A DNA stretch of 10,006 nt from Promethearchaeota archaeon (GTDB lineage: Archaea; Asgardarchaeota; Lokiarchaeia; Sigyniarchaeales; SOKP01): contig JBHLNZ010000099.1 in assembly GCA_048941015.1 (NCBI GenBank), positions 1 to 10,006 of the forward strand. The letters are read 5' to 3'. Below, piece by piece: positions 1 to 8,726 of this stretch. The notes beneath the pieces are model-generated. The model ran no database searches and was not told the DNA's origin. It worked only from the letters and a program-made list of their open reading frames with translations. The first letter of the stretch is position 1, and every line of letters starts with the position of its first letter. The position numbers and the translations under genes are program-made.

Positions 1-1301
<1,301 letters not shown>

Positions 1302-1338
1302 TCAATTTAATATGAATCTATGAAAAATTTATTCTTAA

Positions 1339-2340
1339 TTACTTTTTAAGTAAGTTTTTGGCAACTTCGAAAGCATATTTATAATCGAATATTTTTAACC
1401 CCTTTGTATTAGCTGCTTCTTTAAGTATTTGAGCTTCTGAATCAGCTTTAAGTTTACCAAGAGCTAATGCCCCTATTGCAAAAATTCCAGGAAAAATCTC
1501 TTCATTCTTATACTTTGGTTTTATTCCTTCAATTCCATATGGAGGTACTAAATTTATATCAACAATTATTTTTTTTCCTTTTAATTTTTTAATAGATTCT
1601 TCTGATAAAATCTCTACTCCCGCTGCGGCTAAACACCAAATTATGTCAGCATCCTTACAAATATTTAACCTCTGTTCAGGATAAGGAGCAAAAATTCCTT
1701 TAATTTCGTTCGAATCTTGTTTAGCCTCATCACTTAATTCTTTTGCTAGATTACTAATAAATTTTTCATTTGATTTATCCCATGTTTCCACAATATAAGC
1801 TTTACAATGGTTTTTTGATGCTAGGACGGCTGCAATCCTTGCAACAGGCCCTGCTCCAAATATAACTACTTTTTTTCCTTCAATATTTGTAATATCATGC
1901 TTTTTGTTTAAAATGTCAATAGTCATTGCCACAACAGCAGAAGCAGTAGTATGAGATCCTCTGGGATCGATTATCACTGGACATTCGAAAGGCGGTATTA
2001 ATGATTTAATTACTTCTTTCGCAATTTTTTCTCCTTCATTAACATTTGATCCTCCTATGAAAAAAGTTGTGGGTGCATTTGGTTTACGTGAAAATATTGC
2101 ATCTTGAACTAGTTTTGGGACATACTGAGCACTCATTTTGCTAACTGGGACTACAATGTCAAAACCTGCATCATATGCCATATTAATATCAAATGGTGAA
2201 GCATTCTCATCTGTATCGAAAAAGTAGCAGATCTTATCCGTTGTATCTTTTTTTTTTATTATAATTGGTGAAAGTTCAATAATTGATTTTTTACCAAGTA
2301 TGTTTTCAATTATTGTTTCTGTCTTATTATTTTGGACCAT
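1339..2340 (-). CDS. mtdB: NAD(P)-dependent methylene-tetrahydromethanopterin (or -H4F) dehydrogenase, MtdA/MtdB family
   Basis: SPFDINMAYDAG, LVQDAIFSR, FIGG, DPRGSHTTASAVVA, Rossmann FGAGPV, AAAGVEIL, DINLVPPYGIEGI and GALALGKLK match MtdA/MtdB motifs in order. MtdA versus MtdB is not resolved by eye. Confidence 0.85.
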   Translation of the reverse strand: MVQNNKTETIIENILGKKSIIELSPIIIKKKDTTDKICYFFDTDENASPFDINMAYDAGFDIVVPVSKMSAQYVPKLVQDAIFSRKPNAPTTFFIGGSNVNEGEKIAKEVIKSLIPPFECPVIIDPRGSHTTASAVVAMTIDILNKKHDITNIEGKKVVIFGAGPVARIAAVLASKNHCKAYIVETWDKSNEKFISNLAKELSDEAKQDSNEIKGIFAPYPEQRLNICKDADIIWCLAAAGVEILSEESIKKLKGKKIIVDINLVPPYGIEGIKPKYKNEEIFPGIFAIGALALGKLKADSEAQILKEAANTKGLKIFDYKYAFEVAKNLLKK

Positions 2341-2384
2341 TTCTTATCTCACTTCCTTATTTTTTATAATTTTATAAATAAAAT

Positions 2385-3098
2385 TTATTTAATTGTATCA
2401 ATTTCAACCTCTTTTTCTAATTCCTCGGTTTTGATAACCCTTTTAATTTTTACTTGTTCAGTTTCAACTCCAAGTTCTTCAGCTAATTTTTCAAGACCAT
2501 CAAAATGTCTTAAATCGCAAATAAATAGTGCTTTTAATTTTTTACCTTCTGCATTTTTAGCGAGATTCAAAATATTCATCATCATCCACGCTTCTCTTAT
2601 TTTATATCTGACTTCATCTTCTTGAGAATTATAATCTTTTTGTAAATATTCTTTCCATAAGATTAATCGTTGAAAAAGTTCGTCATCCTTGGGAATATGA
2701 CCATTTTTTTCAACTATTCCTTTTATACGATCTTCCAATTTTTGCAACATAGTTCTATGTTCATCTAAAGCCGCTGAAAGATAATATTCTGCATTTTCTG
2801 AAATATCCGCATGTTTGAAAGGAATCCCCTTCTGATCGAAAAGCTTTTTTATTGGATCATTTGAATTATAAGGCCAGTAATTTGGTTTTTCTTCTAAAGC
2901 AAGATTTGGTTTATATCTCTCTATAATTGTGTCAATTAGTTCTAAATATTCTTTTGAAATTAGAAGTAGGTTCCATACCAAATCTTCCTTTTTTTCTTGG
3001 GGTATTTCAAACCACCAATCAATTGAAAATTCACTTTCGATCATTATTAATTTTAAAATTTTTTCTTTTAATGGTTTTAATTCTAAAACTTCAGGCAT
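2385..3098 (-). CDS. Hypothetical protein, possibly TraB/GumN/Tiki (EreA/ChaN-like) superfamily
   Basis: 237-aa ORF with GAGGGG RBS. YKPNLALEE, a helical insert, and REAWMMMNI...LFICDLRHFDGLEKLAEELG resemble the TraB/GumN P-x-x-h-x-x-E and R...h-h-h-G-x-x-H-x-x-G-L motifs. The CDS is solid; the family call is tentative. Confidence 0.75.
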   Translation of the reverse strand: MPEVLELKPLKEKILKLIMIESEFSIDWWFEIPQEKKEDLVWNLLLISKEYLELIDTIIERYKPNLALEEKPNYWPYNSNDPIKKLFDQKGIPFKHADISENAEYYLSAALDEHRTMLQKLEDRIKGIVEKNGHIPKDDELFQRLILWKEYLQKDYNSQEDEVRYKIREAWMMMNILNLAKNAEGKKLKALFICDLRHFDGLEKLAEELGVETEQVKIKRVIKTEELEKEVEIDTIK

Positions 3099-3123
3099 TT
3101 TTATTTTCCCCTCATTAAATTAT

Positions 3124-3747
3124 TTAAAATATTATATTTTGAACAGTGTGTTTTTTATTATAAGATATGACTTTTACCCCTAAGTCTCTCAAGTTCTCAG
3201 TAACTTGAGGACAAATATCTTCACATATATCTTCCTGAATAAAGTGTATAAAAGATATTGTTTCAGTATAAATTTTACAATTACGCGCTAAATCTAACAT
3301 TTTTTTAACAATCCATTGTGGTCTCAATTTTAAACTCAAAAATATCTCTTTTTCTTGAATTTCTTCTGCTAGCATGTCAATCCAATTGCGTAATGAAATC
3401 ATCTTATATGATTCTTTATCATCTTCCTTCTCATACTCTTCATATAATTCATTCAATAATTCTTGTTTGTCTAAAATCTCTTCATATAAATAGCCCATTG
3501 CAAATTCTGGAATATCTACTTGATAATAAGGAATTTTAAGTTCATCTAATAACTGTGCAAATGATGTTTTACTAAATTCATTCAAATTTACCTGAAAATC
3601 TACGGTCACAAAATTGATATTCTTTCTTTTTAAAAACTCCTTCAATTTTGGGATATCAGGGTTCTGAAAGTATTTAATATTTTCTTTTGAAGTCATATAT
3701 GAGACAATTCTCTTATTTTTTATTGGCTTTAATTCCAATACTTCCAT
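3124..3747 (-). CDS. Hypothetical protein, diverged paralog of 2385-3098
   Basis: 207-aa ORF with GAGGTG RBS (3762-3757). Shares EVLELKP, IP----DI, W---L, R--W----L-LA-N and LGV with its neighbour. Confidence 0.8.
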   Translation of the reverse strand: MEVLELKPIKNKRIVSYMTSKENIKYFQNPDIPKLKEFLKRKNINFVTVDFQVNLNEFSKTSFAQLLDELKIPYYQVDIPEFAMGYLYEEILDKQELLNELYEEYEKEDDKESYKMISLRNWIDMLAEEIQEKEIFLSLKLRPQWIVKKMLDLARNCKIYTETISFIHFIQEDICEDICPQVTENLRDLGVKVISYNKKHTVQNIIF

Positions 3748-3856
3748 TCTTTTTTACACCTCTCTGCCTTCTATTTTTAAATTGATTTTATTTACCTGAG
3801 TAAAAGATCAAATAGCCAAAATATAAAGAATTTGACAAGAAAATTTTTGGAAAAAT

Positions 3857-3872
3857 TGATAATAATTATTGT
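3857..3872. promoter_or_regulatory. Operator-like box A (imperfect palindrome)
   Basis: TGATAATAATTATTGT. The core GATAATAA|TTATTGTC (3858-3873) pairs at 7 of 8 positions, and the box is 14/16 identical to the reverse complement of box B. Confidence 0.45.
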
Positions 3873-3964
3873 CTTTTTCTAGATCTCAACTAATTATATT
3901 ATTATACTGAAATTGAACATCTAATTACTGACCATGTAAATTGAGTGATCGAAAATAGACAAGA

Positions 3965-3972
3965 TTTATATA
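3965..3972 (+). promoter_or_regulatory. Putative archaeal TATA box for the HTH-hdrA-mvh operon
   Basis: TTTATATA preceded by a purine-rich BRE-like stretch (GAAAATAGACAAGA), about 100 bp upstream of the start at 4072. The AT-rich background limits specificity. Confidence 0.45.
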
Positions 3973-3977
3973 ATCGT

Positions 3978-3993
3978 ACAATAATATTTATCA
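3978..3993. promoter_or_regulatory. Operator-like box B (inverted copy of box A)
   Basis: ACAATAATATTTATCA (reverse complement TGATAAATATTATTGT), immediately downstream of the putative TATA box. Confidence 0.45.
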
Positions 3994-4071
3994 TGAAGAA
4001 AAAAAAAATTGTCAAAAATTAACTTTTAACAAATAAAATATTAATTAGAAAAAAGGAAGGTTTGAATAAAA

Positions 4072-6618
4072 TTGGATGTATATTCAATCTTGTCTCATCC
4101 TTTTAGAAGAAAAATTTTACTTATACTTGAAAAAGAAGGGTATATCCCTTACACTGATTTAATGGAAAAGCTTGGACTTGATGCAACTGGTCAATTAAAT
4201 TTTCACTTAAAAAAACTGGGCACCTTAATAAGCAAAGACAAAAAATCCTATTATTTAACCGAAGATGGTAAAATTATTTTAAGATTAATGAATCTAAATA
4301 AACGTATTTTATCAGGGGAAAAAATTGAATACCTAGATAAAAAAGGAAGTGAAATAAATAGGATAGGCGTAATAATCTGTAATTGTAACACTGAAATTTC
4401 AAATGTTATTAATATAAATGCCCTTCAAAATTATATTGAAAAAATAAATAATGTAGTTTCTGTTAAAATTTTTAATAATTTATGTTTAGAACGCAATTTT
4501 GAAAAAATCACAAATTGGATTAAAGAAAATTTTTTAAATAAAATAGTAATCGCAGCATGCTCTCCAAAAACTCATCAACATATCTTTGAAAGAATTTTTC
4601 AAGATGCAATTGATCGTGTAAATATTGAAATTGCTAATTTAAGAGAACAATGTTGTTGGGTTCATAATTTTAGTGAAAAGCAATATGATCCCCTCTTTAC
4701 CTTAAAGAAAGCACAGTTATTAATTGAAGCTGCTGTAGAAAGAGTAGCTCTTCAAAAAGAAATTAAAGTTAAAACAGTTGAAGTTGAAAAAAGCTGTGCA
4801 ATATTGGGAGGGGGAATTGCTGGAATGTCGTTGGCTTTAAACTTGTCAAGAACGGGAATAAAAGTCTATCTTATAGAAAAGTCCCCTACTCTAGGGGGAA
4901 AAGTCGCACGTTGGCATAGGATTTCAGATATGGGTGATTGTTCTATTTGCTTTATTTCAGAATTAATTGGAGAGATTGCTAAAGAAAAAAATATTGAAAT
5001 TTTAACTAATACTGAAATTGAGAATGTTTCAGGAGAAGTAGGAAATTTTGTTATTGATTTAAATAAAAAACCTCGTTATATCGATGAAAAAAAGTGTACT
5101 GGTTGTAAACAATGTATTGATATATGTGGTAAAGAAAAAGTTAATCAATTTGAATTTAATTTGAATAGAAGAAAAGTAATATATCTCCCTTTCCAAAATG
5201 CTTATCCTTATATTCCTTTAATTGATGAAAATGACGTCAATAATTGCCTTAATTGTAGAATTTGTGAGCGTGCATGTATTAATCAAGCAATAGATTTAAC
5301 TCAAAAACCTGAAAATATAAAAATAAAAGTTGGAGCAAAGGTAATCGCAATTGGTGCCGATCTTTATCCTGACTTAGATGAATATCAATATAATCCTCAA
5401 AACAATATAATTACTTCTGCTGAATTTGAAAGAATTTTATCCTCGGATGGAATTACTGAAGGAAAGCTAATTAGACTTTCAGATGGAAAAGTAGTTAAAA
5501 CTGTATCTATAATACAAGAAGTAGGCTCTAATAGTTATCAATGCGAGTACATGGACTTATTAGCCAAAAAGTACATTAATGAAATAAAGATAAAAAATCC
5601 CAATTGCGAAGTAAATGTATTTTATGATTTAAGTAAGTTGAAAGAAAAAAATGAGCTTTTACTAAAATCTACACATCCACGATATCTTTATGCTAATAAC
5701 GTTTCAATAGAAATAAGAGAAGATAATAATTATATCATAGCAGATTCTATAGAATTTCCAAGTGATTTAATTATTTTAAACGTTAAGTTGCAGCCCAACA
5801 AAGATTTAAAGCATCTTAGAAAAATTATGGATTTCACTCTTGATGAAAACGGTTTTATGAGTGAGGAAACATTAGCTTCTGGTATTTTTGGGGTTGGGAC
5901 TATATTTGGACCATTAAATTATCAATCTACAATATCTACTGCTAATAATGTAGCTCTTAAAATTATTTCACAACTTTCAAACGACTTTTTAAAATCTGAA
6001 TTCACAGGGATAGAAATCAATGAAGAAAAATGTGGATTATGCGGTCTTTGCATTCAATCTTGTCCTTTTGGCGCAATAAGTATTGAATCAGAAAAAATTA
6101 GCATTGATAAGTTTAAATGTAAAGGATGTGGAACTTGTGTTAGCGTTTGTCCTACGAGTGCAATTGAAATGAACATTGATACTTCACAAAAAATATTTAA
6201 AACAATCGAAATTTTCGCAAAATATAATAGAAACCCCAAAATACTTGCTTTTTGCTGTCAATCTTGTGGTTATGCAGCTGCTGATGATGCTGGCTTAAAA
6301 AAGATTCTCTATTCTCCAAATATGTTCATAATTAGAGTTCCTTGTACTGGAAGGGTAGATGCAAATTTCATTTTGAAAGCTTTAGAGGTAGGTTTTGATG
6401 GAGTAATGATTATTGGTTGCAATAAAGACTCTTGTAGATATATAGACGGAATCCAGAAAGTGCAAAGGAAAGTGAGATTATTAAAAAAGCTTTTAGGTCC
6501 AAAAATAGGCAATCGAATTATAGTTAAAAATTTAAATGCCGTAGAGGGTCATAAGTTTGCTAAGATTACAAACAAATTTTATAATATTTTAATGGAGGAA
6601 ATTAAAAATGAAACTTAA
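4072..6618 (+). CDS. hdrA: Fusion protein: ArsR-like winged HTH + divergent HdrA-like flavo-Fe-S protein + MvhD [2Fe-2S] domain
   Basis: aa 1-~80: LSHPFRRKILLIL...YTDLMEKLGL..TGQLNFHLKKL...YYLTEDG (wHTH). From nt 4360, HdrA motifs: RIGVIICNC, VIAACSP, ANLREQCCWVH, GGGIAG, EKSPTLGG, DCSIC, an inserted 2x CxxCxxCxxxC ferredoxin, EFERIL, and a C-terminal 2x CxxCxxCxxxCP. From nt 6238, MvhD motifs: KILAFCCQSCGYAAAD, IIRVPCTGRVD, DGVMIIGC---SCRY. TTG start. Confidence 0.93.
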   Translation: MDVYSILSHPFRRKILLILEKEGYIPYTDLMEKLGLDATGQLNFHLKKLGTLISKDKKSYYLTEDGKIILRLMNLNKRILSGEKIEYLDKKGSEINRIGVIICNCNTEISNVININALQNYIEKINNVVSVKIFNNLCLERNFEKITNWIKENFLNKIVIAACSPKTHQHIFERIFQDAIDRVNIEIANLREQCCWVHNFSEKQYDPLFTLKKAQLLIEAAVERVALQKEIKVKTVEVEKSCAILGGGIAGMSLALNLSRTGIKVYLIEKSPTLGGKVARWHRISDMGDCSICFISELIGEIAKEKNIEILTNTEIENVSGEVGNFVIDLNKKPRYIDEKKCTGCKQCIDICGKEKVNQFEFNLNRRKVIYLPFQNAYPYIPLIDENDVNNCLNCRICERACINQAIDLTQKPENIKIKVGAKVIAIGADLYPDLDEYQYNPQNNIITSAEFERILSSDGITEGKLIRLSDGKVVKTVSIIQEVGSNSYQCEYMDLLAKKYINEIKIKNPNCEVNVFYDLSKLKEKNELLLKSTHPRYLYANNVSIEIREDNNYIIADSIEFPSDLIILNVKLQPNKDLKHLRKIMDFTLDENGFMSEETLASGIFGVGTIFGPLNYQSTISTANNVALKIISQLSNDFLKSEFTGIEINEEKCGLCGLCIQSCPFGAISIESEKISIDKFKCKGCGTCVSVCPTSAIEMNIDTSQKIFKTIEIFAKYNRNPKILAFCCQSCGYAAADDAGLKKILYSPNMFIIRVPCTGRVDANFILKALEVGFDGVMIIGCNKDSCRYIDGIQKVQRKVRLLKKLLGPKIGNRIIVKNLNAVEGHKFAKITNKFYNILMEEIKNET

Positions 6619-7366
6619 ATTTCTTATAACTTCGTTAACATCTTGTAGTGGGTGTATTTCAGCATTGATGTCTTTAGATATCTTTCCTCAATTTATTGAA
6701 AGAACAAAACTAATTTACTTCCCTTTTATTTATGATGAATTAGATATAAATGATTGTGAGATTGCTTTAATTGAAGGATGTGTTTCTGAAAGTAAGCAAA
6801 TTGAATATCTTAAAAAAATAAGAAAATATGCTAAGAAAGTATATGCTTTAGGAACTTGTGCTGCTTTTGGAGGAATTTTAAGTCTTTCCAAAAAAAAGGA
6901 AGCACTCCCAATTTCAAAGTTTATTGAAGTTGACAATATCATTCCCGGTTGTCCTCCTCCTTCAACACTATTTGGTAACTGCTTAATTAATTTGGTAGAA
7001 AACAAGGATTTTAAGTTATCAACAAAAAATTTATGCTTTGACTGTCCTTATAAAAAGGATTTAGAGAAAAATTCAGAAATGTTGATTACAAAATTAAATC
7101 CTAACTATAATGAGATCGAAGATATTGGTAAGAATTCGTCTTGCTTTTTAAATCGTGGAATATTATGTTTAGGCCCAATTACACGTGAGGGCTGTGATCA
7201 CCAATGTATAAATCAAAATATGCCTTGTGAAGGATGTCTGGGGCCAGTTTCAAAAGACTTTACTTCTAATATGGTAAATTTTTTGAGTATGGTTAAGATT
7301 TCTAAAGATTTGGAGAGATATAAGGGCATTTATTACAGATTTTCTAAACCCATTTTAAAGAGGTGA
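6608..7366 (+). CDS. mvhG: [NiFe]-hydrogenase small subunit, MvhG-like (group 3c)
   Basis: SCSGC, EGCV, GTCAAFGGI, IPGCPP, CFDCP, CFLNRGILCLGPITREGC---C-----PCEGCLGP, YYRFS. GGAGG RBS at 6594-6598; overlaps the upstream gene by 11 nt. Confidence 0.92.
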   Translation: MKLKFLITSLTSCSGCISALMSLDIFPQFIERTKLIYFPFIYDELDINDCEIALIEGCVSESKQIEYLKKIRKYAKKVYALGTCAAFGGILSLSKKKEALPISKFIEVDNIIPGCPPPSTLFGNCLINLVENKDFKLSTKNLCFDCPYKKDLEKNSEMLITKLNPNYNEIEDIGKNSSCFLNRGILCLGPITREGCDHQCINQNMPCEGCLGPVSKDFTSNMVNFLSMVKISKDLERYKGIYYRFSKPILKR

Positions 7367-7371
7367 TATTT

Positions 7372-8673
7372 TTGGAAAAAGTAATTGAGGTATGTTCTAG
7401 AATTGAGGGTTATGCAGAAATTAATCTTTTTTTAAATAATGAACAAATTAAATATATTAAATTAGATACTACGGTTTTTCGTGGTTTTGAAACCATTTTA
7501 AAAGGCAAAAAGTTAATTGATATTCCAAAAATAGTATCACGAATATGTGGACTATGTCATGCCTCCCAAACTATTGCAAGTTGTAAAGCTATTGAGGATT
7601 TATATAATATTTTTCCAAGTCCTCAAGCAGTATTATTAAGAAAACTCTTATTATCCGCAGAATTAATAAAGTCACATTGTTTGCATTTCTTTTTCCAAAC
7701 TTTGCCAGATATGTTAAATATCTTCAATTTATGGAATACAACTAATGAAAACACTAACATTCTTCAATTTGATACTCAAACAACGACCATTATATATGAT
7801 TTAATTAAATTAGCTACAAAAATAAATGAAAGTTTTGGCGGAAGGGTTTTGCATTTAATTACACCGATTCCAGGAGGAATTGTGTATAAACCTAGTCAAA
7901 GAAATATAACATTATCTCAAAAAGCGCTTCAAAAAGCATTATTTAATTCAGAATATCTTATTAAGAAATTTATAAATCTCTTTTCAAAATTTAAGCCCCC
8001 TGAAGAATATAATCTAAATAGAATTTCATATTTAGGATTAACAAATAATGGAAGCTATGATAGATATAATGGGCTTTTAAGATTAAAACAAATTGATAAG
8101 CAACTTAAAGATTTTCCTATAAACCTTTATTCAGATTATTTTGATAAAGATGAAGAAATTATTGGGATTCAATTTAAATCTGAAATTGGAGAGAGGGTAT
8201 TGACAGGCCCAATATCAAGGTATAAAATAAACGAAAAATATAACCATGGGACTATTAAAGATTATCTTAATCAATTTGATAATCAATGGAAAAATTCTAT
8301 TCTATTTTGGAATTTTCTACAATTAATAGAAATAAATTCTGAAATTATGGAAAGCATTGAGATTTTAAAAGATAAGAAATTGAATAATAATAGTACTTAT
8401 CCTGTTCTAAAATCTTTAAAGAGCAAGGATGGAATTGGTGCTGTAGAAGCTCCAAGAGGAACATTAATACATCACTATCATCTGAATGAAAGTAATTTAG
8501 TAGATAGTGTGAAATTATATGTAGCAACTGAAATTAACATGCCTTTAATCAATGCAATGATTACCCATTATGCTCAGAAGTTGTATGAAAAGGAAAGTGT
8601 AGATACAGTTATGAAAAAAATCCAGATTATGATAAGATCATTTGATCCGTGTATATCTTGTGCAACTCATTAA
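7372..8673 (+). CDS. mvhA: [NiFe]-hydrogenase large subunit, MvhA-like, without a C-terminal extension
   Basis: SRIEG, RGFE, L1 RICGLCHASQ, SH--HFF, VEAPRGTLIHHY, VAT--N, and L2 RSFDPCISCATH followed by stop. The start is probably TTG 7372, because GAGGTGA (7360-7366) is a strong archaeal RBS 5 nt upstream; the track's GTG 7363 lies inside that RBS. Confidence 0.94.
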   Translation: MEKVIEVCSRIEGYAEINLFLNNEQIKYIKLDTTVFRGFETILKGKKLIDIPKIVSRICGLCHASQTIASCKAIEDLYNIFPSPQAVLLRKLLLSAELIKSHCLHFFFQTLPDMLNIFNLWNTTNENTNILQFDTQTTTIIYDLIKLATKINESFGGRVLHLITPIPGGIVYKPSQRNITLSQKALQKALFNSEYLIKKFINLFSKFKPPEEYNLNRISYLGLTNNGSYDRYNGLLRLKQIDKQLKDFPINLYSDYFDKDEEIIGIQFKSEIGERVLTGPISRYKINEKYNHGTIKDYLNQFDNQWKNSILFWNFLQLIEINSEIMESIEILKDKKLNNNSTYPVLKSLKSKDGIGAVEAPRGTLIHHYHLNESNLVDSVKLYVATEINMPLINAMITHYAQKLYEKESVDTVMKKIQIMIRSFDPCISCATH

Positions 8674-8726
8674 AATTTTAATTTAAAATGTAAAATCTTA
8701 AATAAAAATGACAATGGAGGCTTTAA

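Noticed and set aside
2248-2257. 10-nt T run in mtd as a slippage or phase-variation site
   Set aside because: It encodes in-frame lysines, and such runs are common at this base composition.
2332-3539. Plus-strand ORFs 2332-2625, 2927-3118, 2929-3183 and 3318-3539
   Set aside because: Antisense to longer minus-strand genes that have RBSs and mutual homology; composition is typical of shadow ORFs.
3782-3811. Hairpin TTGAT..TTTAC-CTGA-GTAAA..ATCAA
   Set aside because: Short, AT-rich and bulged, so plausible by chance.
4072-6618. hdrA as a pseudogene
   Set aside because: It is an uninterrupted 848-codon frame with most cluster motifs intact and translational coupling to mvhG; the losses are localised.
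6054-7005. Minus-strand ORFs 6054-6239, 6309-6512 and 6730-7005
   Set aside because: Antisense shadows of the hdrA-mvhD fusion and mvhG.
7363-7371. GTG 7363 as the mvhA start
   Set aside because: It lies within the GAGGTGA RBS. TTG 7372 has better spacing, although GTGA coupling cannot be fully excluded.
8345-8527. 60-aa minus-strand ORF
   Set aside because: Antisense to conserved mvhA motifs.
4072-8673. Selenocysteine recoding or a split VhuA/VhuU-type large subunit
   Set aside because: The ORFs have no internal in-frame TGA, the retained ligand positions are Cys codons, and L2 is part of the large subunit.
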